A stretch of 64,000 bases of DNA from Flaccisagitta enflata (lineage: Eukaryota), in assembly GCA_965153355.1 (NCBI GenBank), contig OZ231126.1:25172001-25236000 (forward strand), read 5' to 3'. The translations under genes were made by a program, and so were the position numbers. Below the pieces are notes generated by a model. The model was not told the DNA's origin, searched no databases, and saw only the letters and a list, made by a program, of their open reading frames with translations. Of the stretch, positions 1-16,501 are shown piece by piece. Numbering within the stretch: the stretch's first letter is position 1; every line of letters begins with the position of its first letter.

Positions 1-3
1 TTA

Positions 4-603
4 CTATCTAAGAAATAAATATACGGACACCTAACCATGATCATAGCAGCTAAACTGCAATACCCCATGAAAAAATGAAAGCAGATCAACTATGACAAAA
101 AATCTTTCATTCAAAACCAAGCAGAGCTCAGTGGCTCAATTTATTTTCAAATGACAGCGTTTGAAGAAAAACAGTCATTTTACCAAAATCTTATTTTGAG
201 GGTTTCAGTTAGAATTTTCCTTGAACAACCTACTTTGAAAAACTTCTTAAATCTTAACAGATTGACCAAAATCATTCTGCTTGGCCTAATTAGATCATAT
301 TTTTGATATATTTTTAGATTCCTCAAAAGGTAAAGGCTGCATTGAAACAGATTTATGATAAGTTATCTCATATCAATAGAAAACTGATTCAATGATTTCA
401 TTGTTGCTTATTGAGAAATCAGGGATACACCAATTTAAGTTGAAAAATCATAGACCAATCCCGTAGAAACTCAAAACAGAGACACTTGATAGATCCAAAT
501 ATCATATCATGGCTGAAAATCTATTTATTTGATCATATATCTAATTCAGTGGATGAAAAGGCTCAGTTTTCTCCAGCTGTCCGTATATTTATTTCCTAGA
601 TAG
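4..603. mobile_element. MITE, Tc1/mariner-type (TA flanks)
   Basis: Inverted termini CTATCTAAGAAATAAATATACGGACA and TGTCCGTATATTTATTTCCTAGATAG (1 mismatch), TA on both sides, no ORF. Confidence 0.8.
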
Positions 604-969
604 TAAATGTATTTCGATTTTTTTCTATTTCCTTTTTGTTTCAACAAGTTCCTTTTTTTGGGTTAAGGGGCGCTCCAACATTTGGCTCCGAGGAAACTCA
701 CGCAACTTCTTTTGATCTCATTCAAATTCTCAACAAAAAAATGGCTGGAACGAGTTTTGATTGGTCGCCGCCTCTTTCCATGGCCTCCCATTGGTCCGTT
801 GTTTTTTTGCGTTTCAACTTTTGCGCCCGACTTTCAAATTTCAAACAAAAAATTATTGATGGATGAGAAAATTCTGGACGCAGAAGGATGTAAGTCCTAA
901 CCGCTACAAGAAGATGAAAAATGATGCTTGGGTCCCTCTCTCTCTTTCTCTGTGCTTCACTCACATTCT

Positions 970-1087
<118 letters not shown>

Positions 1088-1423
1088 ATTCTCTCTCTCT
1101 CTCTCTTTCTCATTCTCTCTCCAATGTAGAAAACACAATCGATAACTGTCAATCATTTGAGGTGTTCTCTTTTTGGTCTAATATTCAACAAGCCATGATT
1201 ATGTATTGATTAATAGTTTAGCCACCTCGTTTTAACAAGAAATTTTCCCTTCCCTCTCTTGAGCTTTTTAAATTCAAGTAAAAAAGGAGATCAGTTTACT
1301 GCCATGATCAACTCACAGACCAAATTGTTATTTTCTTTTAGAATGTTGTATTCGTAAACCAACATTAGGTTCTATGGTATATTCATCGTCATAGTAATGA
1401 CATAACGCAATTATCAATAAAAC

Positions 1424-1765
<342 letters not shown>

Positions 1766-1985
1766 GAGAAGTTCTCTATCCCACCCTTCCCTCGTCTGTT
1801 AGTCGTCGTGAATGTCTCATCCATTCTTGTTTTTGCTTTTGCATATCACGCACGACTTAGCCTCTGAACCACTGAGACATGAAATCGTTCATAAACTCAA
1901 CAAATTCTTTGAAAACTCAATTTTCCTCTAAATAAATTTCCTTGCGACTCATTTGCATTTTCCTGTTCATTCGCTTTCGCTTTTA

Positions 1986-2425
<440 letters not shown>

Positions 2426-3324
2426 CTTCCTCTACTTTTTTTCATCATATTTTTTCGCATTCTATTCTTGTCTTCTCTTTTGTTTTTTTCGTTCTAGCTT
2501 TTCCATTTTTTAGTTCTTATTTCTTCTCATCTTTTCATTTTTTCTTGTCTACTCTTTTGACGTCATTTCCTTTGGCTTTTTTTTACTCATCCTTATTTCT
2601 TCTATTTTTTTCTTTCTTCTGCATTTTGTCAGTCCCAACCTGCGTTTCATTCAACCCTTACTCGTATTTATGATACAGCCAACTTACTCCGTTCGTCTTC
2701 GTTAGTTTTGTTTTCACGTCATATTGGTTGTCAGATTCCCATTGTATTTAGGCCCTGACCAATTGCAGGGGGGGCCGGCAGCCCCCCAAACATGCCGTAA
2801 GAATTGATTTTTTTCCTGTTTTACATATATTCATGTCCAACTAAGAAGAATCTGCTGTCAAATCAATTCTTACGGCCCAGGAAGATAGCTAAAATTAATT
2901 TTGGTAATATCAAAAATCAGGGAAACCAGATTGCAATGGCAATCGTTACAGAAGAGGTTGAAGAAAGATTTTATTGTTTTTAAGAAATGTAGCAAAGGAT
3001 ATTTCATCAATGTTTCACTTCGTCCTCAACTGCACTATGACATGCAAAAATCGGTTTTCGCTAGTAATCAAAGATTACAAATTGATCAAAGAATTTCTCG
3101 GTAGTGACTTTTCGTGACCATAACATGCTCAAAAATCAAAACTAAGAGGTAGAATTCATTCAATAGAAAATAGTTGTACCCTAAAAGAGCCCTTTAGACA
3201 TTATCAGCCTCCTTCCTCCTCTGGACCAATTGTACAAGTACAGGTAAGTAGTAACTTTGGGCTAAGGGCACAATCTATTAGGCCCTTACTGAGTCTCTCT
3301 TTGCTTGTGTGTTCAAGCTCTCCG

Positions 3325-3503
<179 letters not shown>

Positions 3504-3679
3504 CAACCCCCGCCTCCTCCAACACCACGGCACGGATGGAGAAGTTTGGGAACGATTTGCCAAAGAAAATAGATTCCTCGCCTTCAGTGAATTCTCGTTG
3601 AATTTCAAATGACTCCTGAGAAAATTTGCAGCTTTGATTCTATCAAAGCGACTTGGAAATGAAATTTTCCTCTCCCTCT

Positions 3680-3802
<123 letters not shown>

Positions 3803-4005
3803 CCTTTCTCTCATTCTTTTCAACTTCTCTCACTGAATTACAAAAAAGGTTCTGTTCGGGTGCACGAGGTTTTCCACCGCCTGTTTTTCCCCTTGATCAC
3901 TTGTCTGCATGATAATACGGCTTCATGCAAATGAAATTGAAAACCGATAAAAATGGAGAAGAAAAAGTTCCATTTGACAAGAAAGAATTTTCTAGTTAGA
4001 GTTCC

Positions 4006-4254
4006 TTTTTAGTCGCGTGCTACGCGACTCTACACCCCGCTTTGTCGGTCCGTCGGTCCGTCCGTCCGTCCGTCCGTCCGTCCGTCCGTCCGTCCGTCCG
4101 TCCGTCCGTCCGTCCGTCCGTCCGTCACACTTTACTTTTTTTTTGGTTTTTGCGGTCTATGGCCTCACTGCTTCTGCCCAAATGATCAAGTGACCATAGA
4201 TACAGTCCCTGCCCACCCGAACGCGACTGGGGTAGCCGTGTATCCCGCCTTGTT
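4006..4254 (+). mobile_element. DINE-1/Helentron-like non-autonomous element, family A
   Basis: 5' TTTTAGTCGCGTGCTACGCGACT hairpin, (CCGT)n microsatellite, subterminal inverted ACGCGACT, 3' GCCGTGTATCC.GCCTTGTT end; many similar copies in the window. Confidence 0.75.
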
Positions 4255-4799
4255 TTGTTAGGTTCGTCATTTTGATTTGTATATAACTATATATGTTTTT
4301 TTTTATGAATGCTGAAATTGCTGACGACTAGTTCTATGTATGGCAGGTGGAACAATTTCCCTCACTTTACCCAACCTGAAATGAATGGAAGAGGACCTTG
4401 TGAATGATTAACATATATTTCAAGTTTTATAAAAGTGACTACAATTTGCTTTAGCATCCAATTGTTGGGAAAAAAATCGAAAAACGTTTTTCGATTTTTT
4501 GAATTCCGGGTTAGGAATTAATGTTTCCCTTTTTCGCTTGAGACAATTTGAGGAAGTTGAGTCAGAACTAGGCTCGCCCGTGGCTGGGGTTGAAATTGGT
4601 ACAGGGTGAAAGAAGGCACTTTTTTACACCTTCTGGAAAAAAGCAGGGCACTGTGGGACCAATACTTTAGGCGCTATGAATTTTTTAATCTTTTTTTATT
4701 TTTTCACATTTTCCGCATTTTTATCAAACATCTTTTTTTTTCATCGATCTCAATTTTGAGCCCTAGGGAACAACAAAAATGAGTTCAGCAGAGGGCAGA

Positions 4800-5520
<721 letters not shown>

Positions 5521-6712
5521 AAGTGCGTGAATGTAATGAGGAGAGCGAAGAAACTGGAAAAAACAAAAACAATTTTACGATTTTTTTCCGGTCGGCGAGA
5601 GCCGCCTTTACTGGTAAATGTTACAACGGCAGTGATGACATCATCGTCAGTGTCTAGTTTCTCGATACGACAGCGTTGACAAAATAGAAAGAGAGAAAGC
5701 AATGCAGAGTATCTTTTGGGTAAATGGCAGCACTACACGAAATTGACAGCGATCCTAAGTTGAGACATGCCGAAAGTGTTGAGCAGTGTGAGACGAGAGA
5801 TGGAATAAACTTCTTCATAAAGTGATGAATGTGAAAATGCAAACGACTGAGCCATCTTCAAGCGACTCCTGGGTTAAGACAAAGATGGATCATTGACACT
5901 TTATTCCTCATTTGCATCGCTATTTGAAACCGTTTTAGGGCTTCGAATGGATGTCACTGTCCCGAAATTAATCAAGGTAGAAACCTCATTTGAATCAATC
6001 GTTATTCATGGGAGGGGTGGGAGGGTGGGAGGGGGGAAGAAACCAAAGATTAGAGTTTTCACGGCATAGGTGGGAGCGGGGGACGTGAAAGTCTATCCAA
6101 AATCACCCCCTAATTCTTTTACTTGTAAACTTAGTAATTGGCTTTTATGAAAGTGTTAGACATTTTGAGTGTTCAAAATGAACTAGTACACAATATGCAG
6201 ATTTCATATGTAAATTGATTAATGATGAATTAATAACGTTGAATAGAATCAAGGGTGATCATAAGGTAGAAGTAGACAAATGGATTATAAAGGAAAGAAA
6301 CTGAAGAAAGGCGGAGGACTGGGTCAACGTAAAAGACAACCTCACAGACCTGCACTTGAAGGGATAACACTGCAATTGCGCAAAAACTGCTGAAGTCCGT
6401 CACGCTCTAACAGATCGACAATCAACCATAAAAAGATGTAGAGAACCGCGTGCAGCTCTGCTCAGGACAAAAAACATAGGAAGGGAGAGGATAGAAAAGA
6501 GGGCAAGATGAAAAGGTTGAAGCTCCAAGCAAAGCTTATTACTATCGATAATGGCTAACTTGATTATGGGAGAAATTTGCATATTGCAATTTGCAGAATA
6601 CAAAACAGTTGATAACCTAAATTGTAAAAGATACCAAGAAGCTGGTTTCATATATTCATTGCAATAAACAATCAATCCTACTCGCCATGAAAAATTGTTT
6701 TATGATTGTCAT

Positions 6713-8540
6713 CGGTCAGGGTCCCCCATTGAGAATATCTCAATTCTAAGGGTTTTGAAAGAAAAAAATGTACGGATTCCAATTTTTTTACAGAGGGGTC
6801 CTAAAAAGGGTGTAGAATCAGAATATGATATTCATTTTGGTCTAACTTGGGCCAAAAAAAAATAAGAAACGGTTTTTAGTGCTAAAAACGGCTATTTTTG
6901 CTATAAAATCAGTGCTTGTGTATAAGATTTCAATTTTTTTTTTTTACAAACACAAAGTTCTTGTAGTAATTGGTATTTGAGTGAGTTTGTAACATTGCAC
7001 GATATGCCTAAGGGGCCTAAAAATGGCTTTAATGGCCCAAAAATGAGGAAATCAGTCAAATTTCTTAAAATTTCCAAAACCAAGCATTTGAAACAGTGTA
7101 TTTGAGTAAAAAATATATCAAATACCCAAATACCCAAATACACTGTTCCAAATGCTTGGTTTTAGCAATTTTAGGAAATTTGACTGATTTCCTCATTTTT
7201 AGGCCCCTAAGGCATACAGTACAATGTTACAAACTCACTCAAATATCAATTACAGTCGAGCTTCACTAGAGCGCACCCGCTAATAAGGCATCCCTCGCTA
7301 AATGGCACATTTTCAAAGGTCCCGACTTTTTTTCCTTAATTCTATTGTTAAGGAAACCCGTCTATAGCGCACTCGCCTCTAAGGCATATTTCATTAGAAG
7401 GCATGAAATAGGTGTGAATTACGGTTTTTCGTGCTCGCTTAGAAGGCACGAAAAAGAAGAAGGAGAAGAAGGAGAAGAAGAAAGAAAAGAAAAGAGAAAA
7501 AGAAAAAGAAAAGAAAAGAAGAAGAAAAGAAGAAAAAGAAAAGAAAAAAAGAAAAGAAAAGAAAAAGAAAAGAAAAAGAAAAAAAAGGTCTTGAAAAGAA
7601 AAGAAAAAGAAGAAATAAAAGAAATAGAAAAGAAAAGAAAAGAAAAGAAAAGAAGAAATAGAAAAAGAAAAAGAAAAAGAAAAAGAAAAAGAAAAAGAAA
7701 AAGAAGAAGAAGAAGAAGAAGAGCGATGTTAGTGATGTTGATATCGGTGATTCCCAAGTTTCGATGGCGTTTTCGATGATCCCGATTTCGATGCATTGCC
7801 ATGACGATGACGATCGATGATCAAGATGAAACCGAGGTTGCAGAAATCATCGACTTCAAATGACGATGATGACAATACGAAATTGGGAGAAAGAATGCCG
7901 CCCACAGCCACGAGTTACCATTCACTATCTAAACTCGATTTTGAATAAGAAGTAAGAAACAGATTGTAACCCATAAAATTGGTAAAATTCTTGGCCTTGA
8001 TTTTAGACAAAAAATTTGTCTGCATTTCTCACATGCTGCGTTCATCCACCCTCGGTTTGTCTAACAGTCCGTCACTTGGCATCTTACAATCTGCAGGTTG
8101 CACTTTATGTTTATCAGTCGGTCTCTCTCACCTCTTTGTTTCTAAGTAGTATGTATGAAATGTGCAATGTGCAATGTGTAATTTTTCTAACACATGGCAT
8201 GACAATCTGACAAGTGTTGTCTACAAGAGAGAAACAATAATCAATCTAAACCATAGAGAAAGTCACACTCGGCAATAAGGCATCCCGCCTTGAAGGCATA
8301 CTACAAGAACTTTGTGTTTCTGAAAAAAAAATTGAAATTCTATACAAAAGTACTGATTTTATAGCAAAAATAGCTGTTTTTGCCACTAAAAACCGTTTCT
8401 AATTTCTTTGGCCCAAGTTAGACCAAAACAAACATGATATTCTGATTCTACACCCTTTTTAGGACCCATCTGTAAAAGAATTGGAAGCGGTACATTTTTT
8501 GTCTTTTTTTTTAGAAATTTTCAACGGGGGACCCTGACCG
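6713..8540. mobile_element. Foldback (fully palindromic) DNA transposon with 4-bp TCAT duplication, interrupted by an insertion
   Basis: Termini CGGTCAGGGTCCCC and GGGGACCCTGACCG. 6713-~6968 is the inverted match of 8301-8540, and ~6968-7107 is the inverted match of ~7131-7252. TCAT at 6709-6712 and 8541-8544. Confidence 0.85.
7253..8298 (+). mobile_element. Insertion starting TA|CAGTCGAG (pogo/Tigger-like end), right TIR not seen
   Basis: Interrupts the right arm of the foldback at a TA; the related start GAGCTTCACTAGAGCGCA recurs at ~19268. Confidence 0.5.
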
Positions 8541-9419
8541 TCATTGTTTCCAGCTATTGATATACCAGTACCCTAGAATATGAAGTTCACGAAGAATCTT
8601 GACGATTAATTATTATCAGAAAATGCTTTATCATAGGAAATATTTCGTTCCGCTCGTTGCTAGTAAAAGCGTCTAGTCTTCAAGTCATAGGAGAGATTGA
8701 CTTTTCTTCTTTTTTTTCTTAATGACATATAGAAAAACTTGTCACAGTAGTGTAAGTGGAAGGAAATGGTGCATGGGTTTTGAACTATTTTCATCGACCA
8801 TGTCAGGCAAGTACTTTGACTAGCCAGAGCCAGGACTTTTTAAAAACAACTTCAATATCAGAGTGGCATTAATCATCTCAGATGTTGACAACAACTGTTC
8901 TTTAAATGTCGCGACAGCTGCCGCGTTTCCTTGCCGCTGCAGAAGACTAGCAAAAAGTGGGCCCGCTGCTATACGGGCATGCCTATCGGCTACCACTCAT
9001 CCTGGTACATGGCTTCCGTCGTGGGCGCCGACGAAAGATTTTGAGGGACACATGAGAAGACCAATATTGCAATTTTGTCAGTTGCCGTTGTTAAAGACTT
9101 TGTTAAAGCCGTTGTTAAAGACGATGTTTGTAAACAAGTCCATTCTGAACAAATAATGAACAGGTTTGTCGCAACAAATGCACATTGGCCCACACGCGGC
9201 CTTAAAAACACTTCCTGTTACTAGATGAATGAAGCAAGGAGAAATTGGGTCGCTTTGATCCAACAACAATGACAAGGCAACAACGCAGATTAATCGATTT
9301 TTATATTCATAAATTCCCATTTATCGCCATGTTACTCTCTCTGTCTTTGACTCAATCTCTGTCTGTCTCTGTCTCTGTCTCTGTCTGTCTCTGTCTTTTT
9401 CTGTCTCTGTCTCTGTCTC

Positions 9420-9560
<141 letters not shown>

Positions 9561-10199
9561 TCGCTAATCTCAGATTCTCATCATCCATCAAATCATTTCT
9601 ATTTATACGCATTAATTTCCCCCTCTGAATTTAGTAGCTCGCGCTTGGAGGAGGAGCACTTTGTTTATATCTCCGTGTTTTATATCGATTAATATCTTTT
9701 AATTTTCAAGCGATAGTCGTGTCAGAAATTCCTTAGTCGTTTGTTAGGCGACTCCGCATTGGCATGTCGATCTAGCGTTTCTCTTGGCGGAAACAAAGCT
9801 TCAGTAGAGATGCGTAGGTGTCATAGCATCCCCTTTTGAAACTGTTATTTCAAATGTCCCATAAGACACGAGAAAGAATTCTGAATGTGAAAAGAATAGA
9901 CATAGTTTCGTTATCTCCTGGTTCCTAATTGTTTGTTGACTCGCATACATTTAGATTTGTATATCTACACTTCAATCATTTTTCCTGCGCTATGATTTTT
10001 AGCTTCTTTGTTTTTTTTGTTTTTTTTTGTTTTTTTTTTTGTTTTTTTTTGTTAGTGTTTGCATAGCTTGTACCCTCATTGCCTTCCACACCTATTTCCT
10101 AGTTACTTCCACTTTTGTCGTGGTATTAAGATTGTGACTTTTTCTCTGTCATTCTTCCTTTCGCCATCTGCAATCTCACATCCACCTCTAGCAACCCTC

Positions 10200-11085
10200 C
10201 CCTCCACCCTTTGTTAGTGGGAGGTTTTGCCGCTGTTACCATAACCCCAGCAAACACCCATACCCCCACATCCATCCTGTTTTTTTCTTATTGTTCTCTC
10301 GTTAGTTTGTGATTTTGCCTCCGTTACCCTTTCTCACTCCCATCACTATCACCTCAGCAAACACCCGAATCCCCATCCAGGTTTCTGTTCGCGTTTTCTC
10401 TCTGACTTTTTTTCTTCAATGGATGGTGGTTTAGCCATTGCTATTCTTACCCAGCCACATCACCATCACCCCAGTAAACACCAAAACCCTCACCTCTATC
10501 CTAGTTGTCTTTTCTTTTTTTCTTTGGCTAGTGGTTTCGCTTAAGCTAATCTTACTCAGCCACATCACCATTACCCCAGCAAACATTTAAACCTCTACCT
10601 CCATCCTTTTTTTTTTTTTTGGTTAGTGGTTTCGCTGTAGTTAATCTTACCAAGCTACATCACCATCATCCCAGCAAATACCTAAACCTCCACCTTCATC
10701 CTAGCTTTCTTTTCTTTTCTTTTTTTCCGTTGGTTAGTGGTTTCGCTGTTCTTACTCAGCCACATCACCATGACCCCAGTGAACACCCAAACCCCCAACT
10801 CCATCCTAGTCTTTTTTTTTTTTAGTCGCGTGCTACGTGACTCTATAAGCCACTTTTTGGTCCGTCGGTCCGTCGGTCCATTTGTCAGTTGGTCGGTCTA
10901 TCGGTCACAAAGTTGTTTAAAAGGTGTTAAAAACATTTTGAAGACTTTTTAAAAGTTTTAGGGTATCAATAGGAATCCGTTGGTAATTCAAAGGCCATTT
11001 TCAAAGTGTTACGCTATTGCTATTCTTACTCACCACATCACCATGACCCCAGTAAACACCCAAACCCCCATCTCCATCCTAGTTT
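10200..11085. repeat. Degenerate ~110-125 bp tandem repeat (~7 copies) with a family-A-like element inserted at ~10820
   Basis: Recurring TTAGTGGTTTCGCT...CTTACTCAGCCACATCACCAT.ACCCCAG.AAACACC.AAACC...CTCCATCCTAG. Confidence 0.75.
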
Positions 11086-11550
11086 TCTTTTCTTTTCTTT
11101 TATTTTCTTTTCTTTTCTTTTCTTTTCTTTTCTTTTCTTTTTTTTTTCTTTTCTTTTCTTTTCTTTTCTTTTCTTTTTTTTTCTTTTCTTTTCTTTTCTT
11201 ATCTTTTCTTTTCTTTCTTTTTTCTTTCTTTTTCGTTGGTTTGTGGTTTCGCCTTCATTCGTCTTCCGGTTTTCGCGGTGGCATTTATCATTCACGTGAG
11301 ACGCGAAAAACCGACTTTGACGCCGGCAAACCCGAAAACCGGCATCCGGCAAACCCAAAAACCGACAAACCGGCAAACCCGAAACGCGGCTGCCGGTTGG
11401 CATCAAATTTTGGGCCCCGTGAATTAATCAGACTCCTTTCTAAAGGAAAAGACATACACGGAAAGAAAGTGAAGGGGAAAGTAAAAGGGAATAGAAAAGA
11501 ACAGAGAAAAGAATGGAAAAAAATAGTAAGAAAACAAAAGAATGGGAGAA

Positions 11551-11602
<52 letters not shown>

Positions 11603-12432
11603 GTTGAGCGGGAGAACAACAAAGGCAGACAGACAGACACACAGACAGTGAGACAGACAAACAGACAGACTAGCTATCTTCAAATCTATCGATCTTTCAT
11701 GGGAAGATTATCTATCTTTCAATCAATTCATTCAATTGATCTATAATTCTGTTCATCTGTCTTTATTTTTTTCCCATCCTTTGCTTAAACCTTTTGACAA
11801 TCAACGTAAAAGTTGTACTCTAAGGAATACGATTCTCATTATCGAAATGAGAATTTTTTTTCTTTTATTTTTTATTTATTTTTTTTTTTTTTTTTTTTTT
11901 TGCTAGAGAAATGAAGAAAAGGTTGTCGGAAGATTAACCACGAAATTTGGAGGTCTAGGCATGGGGTTTGAGTTGTATATAGTGCACGGTTTTGCGTTTG
12001 TAATGATGAATGGCGAGAGATTACATTTGAGCAAAGATAACAGTGCATGGTTTTAAAATGGCTTTGCTGTTTAAAGACGCACCAAAGCAACTCTTTAAAA
12101 GGTAGTGGACGTTCATCAATTGGCCCCTAACCCTGTCCATCCATCAAACGATTCATCCAACTACCGACAGTCTATTTTAGCCTTCCTGTGTAGATCTAAA
12201 ACAAAACCTTTATTATAAGAACTGAAAATGTTTGTTTGTTTCACTGCATAAAACAAAATCCGTATCATGAAAACTTGTTTCAATAGTTGAGAATGAATAT
12301 TTGAGTTTCATCAGATTTCGGTGCGCCGTGGAGTGAGCCACACGCAGCGGCTTTGATAAATGTTCCAAATATTTTCTTCTTCTCTCGTGTTTTTCTTTTA
12401 ATTCTTTGATAACTTTTTTTTCTTTTTCCTTC

Positions 12433-12502
<70 letters not shown>

Positions 12503-12530
12503 GGTCTGCCTGTCTGTCTGTTTGACCGTC

Positions 12531-12646
<116 letters not shown>

Positions 12647-12891
12647 CGTTTGGGCCTTATACTAATTCTACTATTTCATTCTCCTTCTCTTGATTAAACG
12701 ACATTTAACGTAGGCGGCAGGACGAAATGAATTCGCCGCCTCTTTTTCGATTTTCTAATTAATCATTTCTTAACAAATGCCATTTTTCTGTGACCAAAAC
12801 AATATTGAAGGAAGTTATCGAACAAAGCCGCTTTTGATATTCACGATATCAACGAGATTGCGTTATAACATGATTATTTATTCTTGTTTTG

Positions 12892-13963
<1,072 letters not shown>

Positions 13964-14665
13964 GCCACATTCGCGATGATTTTTTATCGGCATAGGGAGG
14001 AAGTGTGAGGAGTCATTTTTCAGTGCCGGCAGTTTGCAGGTAGATCCCTTATGACAGCTCAGAATTCTGCCGTGATGCTTTTTCTTACTTCCTTTCTCCT
14101 CATTTTGTCACTTTGGGTTAGAGCCAGATATATTTTTTTCTTCTATACCATCACCCCTTTCCCTTTCTGAATCCCAACACCCCCGGTGCCGAATCCCGCC
14201 ATAGTTATAAACTATGTATCTGCGTTTCCATTACGCCGTTAACAACGATCTCTGCCTGCGGTTTTCCCCACCCTTAACCCCCCTCTCCCATATTTATCTA
14301 CCTTCAAAAAAAAGTACAATATTGACAAAATGAGAGAAGTATATCTTAGTTGTTTGAAGATATTTTTACGCGCAAGAAATTGTTCCTAAGAAGCGAATAA
14401 AAATAGTAATAAGTGATAACAAACGCACCACAATCTGAATATGCCCTAAAGGACTAGCTTACCGCTATTAGAGAACCTGATGAAAATAAACCATTCAAAA
14501 TTTCACACGCTCATGAAACAGTTTGTGATTTTGATCGACATTTTATGTACAACCTAAAATTAACTAAGGTATTCACATTCATATTCAATCAGGCCTGTAT
14601 ATTCTTGAGTCCCCCCCCCCCCCCAAGGGTCTGCATCTGGAGATGGGGAAAGCAATCAAAGAGGG

Positions 14666-15828
14666 AACCAGTCGCCCAAGGGCAATATGTGGTCAGCGAT
14701 ACCCGTTGCCCTGCTGTTAATGGAGGTGATTGAAGGTGATGGGTAGCAGGGCAGCGGCCCCGAAGGGGACGATGTCCTGTAGAACACAGGGCGACTTTTG
14801 TTCATTCGTCCGTCCGGGATCCGTCCGTGTGTGCAGATTTGAGCCTCGAGGCTGGGATTTGAGCCTCGAGGTAGGGATTTGAGCCTTGAGGCTGGGATTT
14901 GAACCTTGAGACTAGGATTTGAGCCTTGAGTCTGGTATTTGTGCCTCGAGGTAGGGATTTGAGCCTTGAGGCTGGGATTTGAACCTTGAGACTAGGATTT
15001 GAGCCTTGAGTCTGGTATTTGTGCCTTTAGGCTGGTATTTGAGCCTCAAGGCTGGGATTTAAGCCTCGAGGCTGGAATTTGAGCCTCAAGGCTGGTATTT
15101 GAGCCTCGAGGTAGGGATTTGAGCCTTGAGGCTGGGATTTGAACCTTGAGACTAGGATTTGAGCCTTGAGTCTGGGATTTGAGCCTTGAGGCTGAGATTT
15201 GAGTCTCAAGGGGGGGGACGCACGTACGGACGGACGGACAAACGAACAAAAGTCCCCTATGTTCTACAGGACATTGTCCCCTTCGGGATGGAGGTGAGAG
15301 GGGTAGCGGCACCCAAGGAGCCGATGACCTATGCTGGGCTAAGATTTGAGCATTGGAGCTGGGATTTGAGCCACGAGGCAGAAGAAGAGCGCATCAGGCT
15401 TGGATTGGAGCCTCTTGGCTGGGGTTTGAGCCTCATGGCTAAGGTCCTAGCCTCCAGGCTGGAATTGAAGCCTTGAGGCTGGGATTGGAGCCTCAAGGTT
15501 GGGATTGGAGCCTTGAAGCTGGGATTGGAGCCTCAAGGTTGGGATTAGAGCCTCAAGGTTGGGATTGGAGCCTCAAGGCTGAGATTGGAGCCTCAAGGCT
15601 GGGATTAGAGCCTCAAGGCCGCAATTTGAGACTTGAGGCCGGAATTGGAGCCTCAAGGCCAGGATTAGGCCTGTGAAGCTGGGATTGTGGCCTCACGGGT
15701 GGGTTTGGAGCCTCAAAGCGGGGGGGGGGGACGGAGGAGGAGAAGAAGGAGAAGGAGAAGGAGGAGGAGAAAATCTCCTATGTGTGAGAGCATAGGTCAT
15801 TGGCCCCTTCGGGGCCACTGCCCAAAAA
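14666..15828 (-). mobile_element. Two joined Helentron-like family B elements with 20-bp internal tandem arrays
   Basis: Subterminal inverted repeats GGGCAGCGGCCCCGAAGGGGACGATGTCCTGTAGAAC vs GTTCTACAGGACATTGTCCCCTTCGGG, and GATGACCTATGC vs GCATAGGTCATT; (GAGCCTCGAGGCTGGGATTT)n arrays. Confidence 0.75.
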
Positions 15829-15948
15829 GGAAATTTGGGGAAAATATAACTTTTAACAGTACCAAATCATAAAACTCAATTGGTAAAACACAATTTGATC
15901 CTTAAATTCATAGTTTCATTGCTATATGGGGAAGAAAATCATGGATAT

Positions 15949-16501
15949 AACAAGGCCAGATACACGGGCCAAGACGGTGCGTCGGGCGTTATAAATTCTT
16001 AGACCTATCCCTAGCTACATCAGACCTATCCCAAGCTCTATCAGGCCTATCCCGAGCTCTATCAGACCTATCCCTAGCTCTATCAGACCTATCCCGAGCT
16101 CTATCAGACCTATCACCAGCTCTATCAGACCTATCCCCACACCTATCTGACCTATCACCAGACCTATGCGACCTATCCCCAGCTCGATCAGACCTAACTG
16201 TAGCTGATCATTTTAGTGAATGAAATGACGAGTATCATCAATGATGAACGAAATGAGTTTTCAATTGATTTCAAACATTTTCAGCGATTTTTCATTTGAG
16301 CGTAACCGACGGATGGACGGACGGACAGAGCCTTTTATAGAGGTGCTATGGCGCATCTGGGAATCATCCTTGCATATTTCTGAATCATTTTGAATGATTT
16401 TTGCTTCTTTCTGAGATTTTCAACTCGAGCGTGACGTGACCGACCAACCGACCGACCGACAGACAGAGCTAGTTATAGAGGTGCTATGGCGCACCTAAAA
16501 A
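15949..16501 (-). mobile_element. DINE-1-like element with a 21-bp internal array
   Basis: AACAAGGCCAGATACACGG at one end and TATAGAGGTGCTATGGCGCACCTAAAA at the other; (AGACCTATCCCGAGCTCTATC)n at 16001-16200; GACG/GACC microsatellites. Confidence 0.7.
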
